Assembly (NCBI RefSeq): GCF_016433145.1
Contig: NC_058130.1
Span: forward strand, 646,752,096-646,816,095
Direction: 5' to 3'
Length of the DNA stretch: 64,000 nucleotides
Source of the DNA: Gracilinanus agilis
Taxonomy: Eukaryota
Shown: piece after piece, positions 26,212 to 36,514 of the stretch
How the letters are laid out: each line of letters starts with the position of its first letter
Numbering within the stretch: the stretch's first letter is position 1
Position numbers and translations under genes: made by a program
The notes under the pieces: generated by a model
Told to the model about the DNA's origin: nothing
The model's database searches: none
Seen by the model: the letters and a program-made list of their open reading frames with translations, nothing else

Positions 26212-26300
26212 AGAGAGAGGGGGGAGAGGAGGAGAAAGAAGAGGATGATGATGAGGAAGAGAAGGAGAAGGAGGAGGAGGAGGAGGATGAAGAGGAAGAT
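26212..26300. repeat. (GAG/GAA/GAT)n purine-rich low-complexity tract
   Basis: Direct reading; preceded by an (AC)n tract. Confidence 0.9.
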
Positions 26301-29300
26301 CTGGGTAGTGTGATTAGAAAGTTTATTAGAAGAGATTGGGGGACAGAAATTTCCAAATGAGACTCATGGCTTTTCTCTCACAATGATTGTGTATGCAACT
26401 GAACCCTTCAAAGTTCACTTTTGTTCAGTTTTGATAACCTTTTAGGAGATGAGAAACGAGGATTGAAACATTATAAATATTACCTCAATGCATGAAATCA
26501 GAAAAAAAGGGGGGAGGAAAGGGCATGATGAGTCCGTGAAGGAAGGGGAGTGGGACAGGAAAGAAACTACTGCCTCAGGCAATAGGAAGTGCTTGTCATA
26601 ATCGCCTATGAGTACACCCTCCCCTTTTTTTGAAGTTGCAAGTACATCTATGTACAGAAACATCCAGATGACTGTATTTTATGATTAAACATATCTGTTA
26701 TGCCTTCTCTAAAATTAGAAAGAATAATCCAGATTAAGGAACTCTACAAAATCTAGGCAATAATGAATTATTCAACTTCACAATCTTCCATATATACTTT
26801 AATATATAAACACCAACAAAAACATTATTTCCATACTAGAATAATGAATGTCTGACTTACTGGGATACAAGGGATATTAGGCTAATTACCTCTGAAAACA
26901 TTTCTTCCCTTTTTTTCTGAACAGCATTAATACAGGGATCTGTGTAAAATCTGTCATATAGCAGCAAATTATAACTCATATGAAGCAAAATATGTGATAT
27001 TATAGTGCTCTTTTTTTGAAATAGAAAAAATAGAACTTCCTAAATGCTGTTAAATACAAGAAAATAAGAGCATAATATGATTTAAATCTTTTTAATAGCT
27101 TAATATTAGTCAAGTTTATAGCTTTATAAACAATATTTTCCTGTTTGGAAATTGGTAATGCACTAAGAGATTCCATAGATCCAAAACTAAATCATTTGTG
27201 TTTGAATCATCCCTTTGTCTTCTCATTGTCATTCTCTTACCATTTGTCCCTTGAACATAAAGCACTCAGTACATCATTGCCTTCATGGGCTAAGAACAGG
27301 TAGGTCTTATCTATAAAAGAGGTCTAGCAATTGTGACTACTATCAGGAGCAATGCTGTTGTATTTGGGCATGATGCCAAATGTTTATGGAAAAGTCTTAT
27401 ATTTAATTTAATTTATACTTTATTTTATTTATGCATCTATATTTATATTTCTCATTCTTCTTTCACACATTTGGAAAATGAAATATTATTATGTTCCTTA
27501 GACTAACCAAAGATTTGCCTAATGCTTTTTCTATAAAAAGCAGTAAGCAATTAAAAAAAGTTCCCCTTGAGTTATCTTATTGTATTTTAAATTTATTTGA
27601 AAATGAGAGGAATCAGTGCCAAGCAATAGAAAAAAATATGGAATTAGCCTCAGAATTCTCTGATATTTTAATATGTCATTGTTTGATTTGTTAAATTTTA
27701 TGTCTTTATTTGCCATCTATGAAATGAAAATACTGGTAAAAGCTACTACCATGGGTTAATTGCTGAATTGTTGCTGGTGCTGTATGATTACTTTAGTAGT
27801 ACATTCTGTATTGAGTCTGCACATGGTGGGAAAATAGTATGTTATTCTTGAGAATTTTCAGTTGATGCTTATCTGATGTTCTGAAGCCCAGATTTCTTTT
27901 TTTTTATTAAAAAAAAAAAAACACCCTTAACTCAAATTGTTTAAAGTCACATACTTGAAAATTATTTTCATTTTCATCCTGGTTTCCTTCCCAACTACAA
28001 TTAATTAACATTTTAATGGTATAAAGTTCCCTAAGTCAAAATGAATTTTTTACTCATATTTTTAGGATCATAACTAATAATGTGCTCTTAGTCCAAGAAT
28101 TCTTGCTCTCTAAATTGTAAGCAAACAGCTAAGAAAAAAAGAAATTCTCAAATCAATTCTAGTTAGTTTCTTTTGGCATTTCAGCTCTCTGATGTTGAAA
28201 ATCATAGTGGAAATGTATATAACAGAAGAGGGACTTTTTTTAAAAAAATACTTTAGTGGAGCTATGATCTCATTTAACCAAGTACTCTCACCTTTCCATT
28301 GGTTCTCATATCAACTCATTAACAACTTTTTATCCTGAGCAATTCTTGTCTGTGCTTTTCCAGAACTCTTCTATAGAACATTTATCTGATATTCTAGAGA
28401 CCTTCTTTTGATCTTTAAAAATATTTTATGAAACCTTGCAAAACAGAAACTGACCATCCCTTATGCTTTGCTTTCCATTATATGATTGAACTACCTTGTC
28501 TTTTGTCCCTACATGCTTTCTAGTTTTATTTCTAGTGAGAATATTGATATGGATGTGGTCCAATTTCTTCAAAAAAGAAACATTTTTTGGATCAAGGTTA
28601 CACTTTGGAGTGGTAAAAATTATTCCTCTCCTGACCATTCTTCCTTTCAGTCAGGATCCTTGTGAAAACAGAAGAGAAAAACATAGTATTCAATTTAATA
28701 AGGATTTATTAAAATCACAATTAAATATTTTCTTATCTTAATGACCTTAAAATTTATTGGGGACAGGGAGAGACATTTTATATTTTTATCTTTTTCATTT
28801 TTGTCTGAGATGAGATTATAAGAAATGAAAAGTTCCAGGTCCTTTAGTGTAAGGTTACCACAGCTAAAGAAAGGTTTTTCCACTTGGAAACCAATGTGTC
28901 AATGATGAAATGGTTTATGGATAAAAGACATAATAATGACTACACGGCACAATTATGAGAATTGATATCTGTTAAACTTTCTTGTATTGATCAAAGAAAA
29001 TGTAAAAATTTTGAGATGGAATATTTTATAATAGACCACTCCCTAAACCAAAGTCCAACCAGGGATCTGGGCAGATGTTAAATTGTTCTTTCTCACAGGT
29101 TATAGCAACATAAAATAATGGTAGAAAGAACTCTGTAGACATCTTATATAACTTCTTGTCCCAGAAAGGAAAGTATATATCCTACAACAATTTACTTTAA
29201 TGCATAACCACAGGGAAAATATCATCATTAATATCAATAATTCAACTTTAAATAAAACAACCTTTAATGCTTAGATTTTCTTCCATGTAATCCGAAGCCT

Positions 29301-30044
29301 TTCCATTAGTATACATTTTCTCTTTTTTTATTTCATTGAAAATGGAGAATGACTGACTGACTGATCCTTCCTATACTTAAAGTTATTCATGGTAAAATGA
29401 TCAAAATCAATATCACTTTTCCTCAGAGCACTTGTTTTCCACCTGAACTTATTTTCGTCATTTTTTTTATTTTTGACAAATCATCTCTATTCCTTATGCA
29501 TTAGTTTGCAATTTCAAGAGGCACATCAAATAGGAGTCATTTAGGATTGATGAAAGGCATACAAACAAAAATAGAAAATAATATCAATAGAGAGAGAAAA
29601 CTAAAAATTTAAATATTAGTAAAGGGCTACTATATGAGTTGGCTCTTGAACTTTGTTTAGAAGAAAATTAAGGCTTGTATAAGGCAGAGATAAAGTCTTC
29701 TATGCATGAAATATTATGTATAAAGGAAGGAGGTGGAATTCAATGTATGGCTGAACAGCAATTAGACACCTAACAGTGTCTTGCACACACCAAATAGATG
29801 TTTATATGCATCTATATCTGTTATCTATTAAATAGATTATATATATATATATCATATATAACATTATCAATTCATACATGAATATATTTACACATGTAAA
29901 CAAATCTACAATATATGCATGAATATATATTTTACATAAACATATTTAATATATGACTATATTAAATAGTACATATACAAATATAAATATTTGAATTGAA
30001 ACATAAATTTCTCTGCCTAAATATTTTTATTGGCTCTCCTTTGT

Positions 30045-30205
30045 CTATAGCAAACATTCTTAATATTTTTGGGGTTATAAATTTATTTGCCAGTGAAGTG
30101 AAGCCTATGGATTGCTAATCAGAATAATGCTTTTAAATGCATAAGATAAAAATGTAGGATTACAAAATAACAAAATTATTAAGTTATATTTAAATACAGT
30201 TATCA
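30045..30205. mobile_element. Old hAT/Charlie-like MITE, partial
   Basis: gtgaagcctatggattgctaatcagaataatgcttttaaatgcataagataaaa is shared with the 55974 copy. Confidence 0.65.
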
Positions 30206-30379
30206 GGGAAGTTGGGTGAATTAGTGGTTTGAGAACCAGGAGAGACAGGAGATTTTGGGTTCAAATCTGGCCTCAGACACTTCCTCAATGTATGACCATG
30301 GGCAAGTCACTTAATCTCTGTTATCTATCCCTTACTTCTCTTCTTCCTTGGAACTAATACACATTATAGATTCTAAGAT
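30206..30379 (+). mobile_element. Older SINE1_Mdo-like SINE, truncated by an assembly gap and inserted into a Charlie-like MITE
   Basis: gggttcaaatctggcctcagacacttcc...cccttacttctcttcttccttggaac. Confidence 0.8.
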
Positions 30380-31501
30380 NNNNNNNNNNNNNNNNNNNNN
30401 NNNNNNNNNNNNNNNNNNNNNNNNNNNNNNNNNNNNNNNNNNNNNNNNNNNNNNNNNNNNNNNNNNNNNNNNNNNNNNNNNNNNNNNNNNNNNNNNNNNN
30501 NNNNNNNNNNNNNNNNNNNNNNNNNNNNNNNNNNNNNNNNNNNNNNNNNNNNNNNNNNNNNNNNNNNNNNNNNNNNNNNNNNNNNNNNNNNNNNNNNNNN
30601 NNNNNNNNNNNNNNNNNNNNNNNNNNNNNNNNNNNNNNNNNNNNNNNNNNNNNNNNNNNNNNNNNNNNNNNNNNNNNNNNNNNAAATTACTTTTAAAAAG
30701 AGATAGTTGCATAGACCCCACTTCATTAGACCCCGGGTTCGATGAAAAACAAATCCCAGTCTAACTAAGCTTTTAACCATTCTCCAATTTATTCTGTCCT
30801 CTCCTGCCTCCATGCATTTGTACTGGGTGCCTCCAATGATTAAAATGTGAGCTTTCCCTTCTGGGTTAAGATGGCAGCAGAGTAGAAGCAGCTTGCTTAA
30901 CCTCTCCTAACCCACACATACAGTACTCCTCAAGAAGACACAAAAACAAATCCAGATGAATGAAGGGTTCCCACAACAGGGAGCAGCATTGAATGTACTC
31001 GGGATCGGGGCATTTCCAAGCTATGAAGGGGTGAAACAGCTCCCACTAAAATGCGAGCTGAGCAACCCACTCCCACACACACCACCTACAGTGCCAAAGC
31101 CAGCACAAAAGACTTAGAGCAAGTTTGGGGCATCCATTAAGTCATTGGCAGCTATCTGGGGTCACCAGGGCCTCCTCCTGAGAGCAGCAAGACTTAAGAC
31201 CCCAAGAGGCTAAAGAACACATGGACTTTGAACACAGACCCTGAGTGCAGGCTCAGTTGTAGCTGAAGACATGGATCCTGAGCATAGGAGCGGACCTTGA
31301 GTGGGGACCCAGTGCAGAGGGGGGCAAGACTGTGGAAGCAGAGCCCCGAGACTGTTAAAGGAGCTTCAGGCAGAGAAAAAAGCAAGGGGACCACCAGGAG
31401 GCTTGACCCTGAGAACAACTAGACCTGAGACCTCAGGAGCCTAAAGAGTGCAGACAGACCCTGGGTGTGAGGATAAAGCTAAGAGGGCACTGGGCTAAAA
31501 A

Positions 31502-32953
31502 ATGGCAAGCCAGAGACAAGAACCACAGAAGAGAAAGATCAAGAAGAAATCCTTAACACTCGACAACTTTTACACAGAAAAAATCCAGACAACAGAGCAA
31601 ACAGCAGAGGAGAACAAACAAGTAATCATATCAAAACCTTCCCCCCCAAAGATGAAAACTGGTCACAAGCTATTGTAGAGTTCAAATCTGAGATTATGAG
31701 AAAGATGGTAGTGAACTGGCAACAAAATAACAGTTTAAAAGGCAGAATTTCGCAATTAGAAAGTGAGGCTCAGAAATCAAATGAATTGATGAGCAAATTG
31801 AAGACCAGAAATGACCATCTGGAAGCCTTGAAGAACCAACAGACCAGATTCAAAAGGAAAACCAAAAGATTATAGCCGAAAACCAGTCTCTAAAACAGGG
31901 GTCAGCAACGATGACTCTCTAGCCATATCTGGCTCTTTTGAGGGCCAGATATGGCTCTTTCTGCAGGAGCCATAAAGTCATTTTTTTCAAGTGCTGTTAT
32001 AGGAGCTCCCACTGTTATAGGAGTGTGTACTGTGAGCACTGTATAGCTCTCACGAAATTACATTTTAAAAAATGTGGTGTTTATGGCTCTCATGGCCAAA
32101 AAGGTTGCCAACCCCTGCTCTAAAGGCTAGAATTGGGCAATTTGAAAAAAAATGCCCCCAAATCAAAAGAATTAATAAGCAAATTGGAGACCAAAATCAA
32201 GCAGCTAGAATACAGGATAGACCAAATCGAAAAGGAAAATCAAAAAATATAGCAGAAAACCAGTCTCGAAAGACAAGAATTGGGCAAGTAGAAGCCAATA
32301 ATCTCTCAAGACAACAAGAACAATTAAAGTAAAGTCAAAAGACTGATAAAATAGAAGGTAACATGAAATATCTCACTGAGAAATTGACAGATCAAGAAAA
32401 CAGGTCTAGAAGAGACAGTTTGAGAATTATTGGTCTTCCTGAAAAAGCAGAAATTAATAGAAATTTGGACTCCATATTAAAGGAAATTATTCAGCAAAAT
32501 TGCCCTGAAGTTCTACAAGAGGACAATATAGACATTGAAAGGATCCATAGATCACCCTCTATACTTAACCCTGAAAAGACAACCCCCAGGAATATGAGCC
32601 AAATTCAAGAGCTTCCAAGTAAAAGAAAAAAATTTTACAAGAAGCCAGAAAGAGACAATTCAGATATCAAGGAGCACCAATCAGGATCACACAGGATCTG
32701 GCAGCCTCCACACTACAAGAGTGTAGGCTTGGAATATGATATTCAGAAAGGCAAGGCTTGGAATATGATATTCAGAAAGGCAAGAAAACTGGGTCTACAA
32801 CCAAGGATCACCTACCCATCAAAACTGACTATATACTTCCAGGGGAAAGTATGGGCATTCAACAAGATAGAAAATTTCCAAGTATTTGCACAGAAGAGAC
32901 CAGGACTAAATGGAAAGTTCAATATCCAACCACAAAAACCAAGAGAAACATGA
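31502..32953 (+). pseudogene. L1 ORF1p remnant (coiled coil, RRM, CTD), disrupted
   Basis: ATG at 31502 (MASQRQEPQKRK...). Track ORF 32363-32953 has ORF1p motifs LTDQENRSRRDSLRIIGLPE, IERIHRS and PRITYPSKL. Broken by frameshifts, a MITE insertion and a 29-bp duplication. Confidence 0.92.
31896..32117. mobile_element. hAT/Charlie-type MITE (222 bp) inserted in L1 ORF1
   Basis: Termini caggggtcagcaac ... gttgccaacccctg (imperfect TIR). 8-bp TSD ctctaaaa (31888-31895) / ctctaaag (32118-32125). L1 sequence is continuous once it is removed. Confidence 0.92.
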
Positions 32954-33664
32954 AAATGTAAATAAAAAAACAGAGGGGAAAGAAAGAAAACTCATAATTT
33001 TTAAATTTGCCTCTTTAAGGGCTTCAATAAGATCTAATTATTTGTATTCCTATATGGAGAAATGTTATGTGTAATTCTCTGTAGTGAACTCTATTCACTA
33101 TTATAGTATCCACTATTATAGTAATTAGAAGAATTATTCACAAGGAGAGGTTGGAGTACTAAATGGTCTAAGATGATAAGGGGGTGGGTGGGAAAGGGGG
33201 GGTGAATAATAGAGAACACCAAGAGAAACTTGAATGAATAAGAAAAATAGGATTCTATTACACACAAAGAGGACATGGGAAGGGGAGGGGATGAATACTA
33301 TGATAAGAAGGAGAAGAAGAGAGCATTAAGAAGTAATATGCAAACCTTACTCTCAGTGGAATTAACCCTGAGAGGGAAGAGTAGCTATATCCATTGAGAT
33401 ATAGAACTCTATCTAACCCTACTGAGAAAGTCAGAAGGGATAAACCAAGGGGAGCAGAAGAGTGGGGAGGTCAAAAAAGGGAGGGGAGGAGAAGGGAGAG
33501 GAAATTCATTAGGCCTTAAAAATAAAAGGAGGGGAACAACAAGGGAGGGAGTAGAATGGGTAGTAAATCAAGGGAGGGGACAAGGGTTACTGGTTTAAAA
33601 CAAATCACTGGTTTAAAAGGAAATAGCCTAAGAAGAAGGGGTAGAACTAAGAGAGGATACCAAA

Positions 33665-34501
33665 ATGTTGGGGAATGCACAACTGATAATTGTAACTCTG
33701 AAAGTGAACGGGATGATTGATTATACTAAATTAAAAAGCTTTTGTACAAACAAAAACAATGCAACCAAAATCAGAAGTGAAACAACAACTTGGGAAAAAA
33801 TCTTTATAACAAAAAACTCTGACAGGGGTCTAATTACTCTAATATACAAGGAGTTAAATCAATTGTATAAAATATCAAGCCATTCCCCAATCAATAAATG
33901 GGCAAGGGACATGAATAGGCAATCTTCAGATAAAGAAATCAAAACTATCAATAAGCACATGAGAAAGTGCTCTAAACCTCTAATAATTAGAGAAATGCAA
34001 ATCAAAACAACGCTGAGGTATCACCTCACACCTAGCAGATTGGCTAAAATGATAGAAGAGGAGAATAATGAATGTTGGAGGAGATGTGGCCAAATTGGGA
34101 CATTAATGCATTGCTGGTGGAGTTGTGAACTGATCCAACCATTCTGGCTGGCAATTTGGAACTACACTCAAAGGGCTATAAAAGATTGCCTGCCCTTTGA
34201 TCCAGTCATACCATTGTTGGGTCTGTACCCCAAAGAGATCATAGATAAACAGACTTGTACGAAAATATTTATAGCCTCGATTTTTGTGGTGGCAAAAAAC
34301 TGGAAAATGTGGGTATGCCCTTCTATTGGGGAATGGCTGAACAAACTGTGGTATATGCTGGTGATGGAATATTATTGCGCTAAAAGGAATATTAAAATGG
34401 AGGAATTCCATGTGAACTGCAAAGACCTTCAGGAATTGATGCAGAGTGAAAGGAGCAGAGCCAAAAGAACATTGTACATAGAGACGGATACACTGTGGTA
34501 A
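33665..34501 (+). CDS. In-frame fusion of the first ~17 aa of L1 ORF2p to its C-terminal ~260 aa; endonuclease and RT domains absent
   Basis: MLGNAQLIIVTLKVNGM resembles the ORF2p N-terminus (human MTGSNSHITILTLNINGL). It runs straight into IDYTKLKSFCT...WEKIF and the CCHC knuckle CWRRCGQIGTLMHCWWSC. 278 codons without a stop. Identity is secure; expression or function is not shown. Confidence 0.75.
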   Translation: MLGNAQLIIVTLKVNGMIDYTKLKSFCTNKNNATKIRSETTTWEKIFITKNSDRGLITLIYKELNQLYKISSHSPINKWARDMNRQSSDKEIKTINKHMRKCSKPLIIREMQIKTTLRYHLTPSRLAKMIEEENNECWRRCGQIGTLMHCWWSCELIQPFWLAIWNYTQRAIKDCLPFDPVIPLLGLYPKEIIDKQTCTKIFIASIFVVAKNWKMWVCPSIGEWLNKLWYMLVMEYYCAKRNIKMEEFHVNCKDLQELMQSERSRAKRTLYIETDTLW

Positions 34502-36149
34502 AATAGAATGTAATGGACTTCTGTACTAGCAGCAGTGCAATGACCCAGGACAATTCTGAGGGATTTATGGTAAAGAACGCTACCCACATTCAGAGGAAGA
34601 ACTACAGGAGAGGAAATACAGAGGAAAAGCAATTGCTTTAACACATGGGTTGAGGCGGACATGATTGGGGATGTAGACTCGAAACTACCACACCAATGCA
34701 ACTATCAACAATTTGGAAATAAGTCTTGATCGATGACACATGTTAAAACCAGGGGAAATGTACATCGGCTATGGGGGGGGGAGGTCAGGGGGTGAAGGGG
34801 AAAGAAAGAACATGAATCATGTAACCATGATAACTTTTATAAAAAATAAAAATTATTAAAAATAAGTGGGCTTTCCACATTTGTAAAAATCACCACCCTT
34901 CTATGAGATGGAATCAAGTGCCTTGATTTCTGCAGCAAGAAAAGATTCTGCCCCTCTGCAGTTTTGTATTCTCCTACTTAATATCCTCATATTTGTCACA
35001 CTAACTTTCATTATAGTTATTTGTGTTCAGGTTTTATTCCTCTTTCAGTAAACTCCTTGTTGGAAGGGAGTATATTATTTTTCATCTTTGTACTTCAGTA
35101 CCTATTAGAGTATATTGTTCATGTTATAGTGGCTCTGTAATTTCGTCAGTGTCAGCACTTCTTTCACTAATTTAGGTCACTACTCCTCCCTGCCCTCTCA
35201 ATGCAGAGCAATTTATGTTCCTGGTTCTCTAAAAATCCCCCTTAGAGGGACTACCCAAATATTTTCACAATTTGAGAAGCAAGGGAGTTAATCTCTGAGG
35301 ATAGGAAAGCTGGGGCTACAGCTGGTAGCCCTAATGAGCTACTGAGCAAGGTCAACCTTCCTCTTATTATAAGACTTATTTTATAGCTTATAAAAGCAGG
35401 AATAGCCAGTCTCTGAGATCAAGTTTCATGCTGACCCATTTCACTGTAATTGTAATATGTTGGCTGAGCATTAGAGTCAGGTGAGATCTCTTTGAAGCAG
35501 AGTAGCAGATCATTGTATTTTTTCCCATGAGGTTTTTCCTTTATGCATTAGTTAAGGTTCTTTTGGACTGTGAGAATGCTTATAGGAAGTCATAATTTCC
35601 AGGCTCTGCTGCAAGCCTACTGAAGTCTTGGTCAAAATATACTTGTGGTTTAGAAAATCTTTGACAGCTATATCCTTAAGATCTGAGACCTTCCCTATTT
35701 TCTTCAGAATACCTATATCAGAAGTTGTAGAACCTTGATACCAAAGTATTGGAGGTCATTGTCTTTTTTTCTTTTCTTTTTCATATTTTTGTAAAATATT
35801 ACAGAGATAACAACATTCCACATTGGTTGTCCATCTGCTATTCTTCTAATTTCATGATCAGCACACATGCTTAAAATATTTAAGATACTATCTCTTCCAG
35901 GATTTCTTACATGTAAGTCATGAGTGATAGCATGTATTATATGCCCACCATATATCTTTCATATGACTTTTAGGTAATTTGTAATACTAATCTTTCAGAA
36001 ATTATATTGCTTCCTGATATATAACAATATATCTTTGGACGAATATTTTTATTGAAGAGGAAAAAATAAGCAGTTTGCAATTATTAAAAGAATTACTCCA
36101 AGGACCTCAAATATAAAATAAAGTATCTTCAATTCATCAATTGATTTTA

Positions 36150-36445
36150 TAGCATCACTCTTTATATTATCAATAGGCTGGGATCTAAGTAGATGATCAT
36201 TAATTGGGAAATGATCAAACAAAATGTGGTACATTAAAATAGAGGGAAACCATTGTGTTTCAAGAAACAATGAATGTGGTAAATACAAAGAAACCTACGA
36301 ACATGTATTTATTGAAGCTAATCAAAATGAGCAGGATCAGGAAAAGAATATTCACAAGCATTATGACAGGTGAGGAATTTACAGACAATCTACAGAGCCA
36401 AAGTCCTTGGCATTGTCAAATGGTTCAACAGCAGAAACTTATATT
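36150..36445 (+). mobile_element. Old L1 ORF2 3'-end fragment
   Basis: aattgggaaatgatcaaacaaaatgtggtacatt...caaaatgagcaggatcagg is a degraded match to the ORF2 end. Confidence 0.65.
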
Positions 36446-36446
36446 T

Positions 36447-36514
36447 TATCAGTGAAAATAACATTATCAGTGAAATAACATTTTAAAATAACATGTATCA
36501 GTGAAAATAACATT
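36447..36514. repeat. Minisatellite, ~3.5 copies of tatcagtgaaaataacat
   Basis: Copies start at 36447, 36465 and 36496, with a partial copy between the last two. Confidence 0.85.

Larger units (their letters stand above)
30858..34860 (+). mobile_element. LINE-1 (marsupial L1), 5'-complete but internally deleted, ~4.0 kb
   Basis: Starts cttctgggttaagatggcagcag (L1 5' end with CpG decay). It has a ~640-bp 5'UTR, an ORF1 remnant, a ~710-bp inter-ORF spacer, a fused ORF2, a G-rich 3'UTR and an A-rich tail. Degenerate TSD: aaaatgtgagctttcc (30842-30857) / aataagtgggctttcc (34861-34876), 13/16. Confidence 0.95.

Noticed and set aside
26075-26360. Acidic (E/D-rich) ORF and its Ser-rich antisense ORF
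   Set aside because: Both come from a GAG/GAA low-complexity tract. There are no convincing splice sites or recognisable domain.
28621-28741. Strong plus-strand acceptor cctgaccattcttcctttcag followed by SQDPCENRREK...
   Set aside because: There is no good donor or recognisable peptide and no CpG or other sign of constraint. Such sites are expected by chance.
31938-32123. 61-aa ORF inside the nested MITE
   Set aside because: It has no transposase similarity, and the element is too short to be autonomous.
34103-34701. Three minus-strand ORFs overlapping the L1 3' region
   Set aside because: They are antisense shadows of L1 ORF2 and the 3'UTR.
36447-36514. Short repeat array resembling CRISPR spacing
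   Set aside because: It is a eukaryotic minisatellite with no unique spacers.
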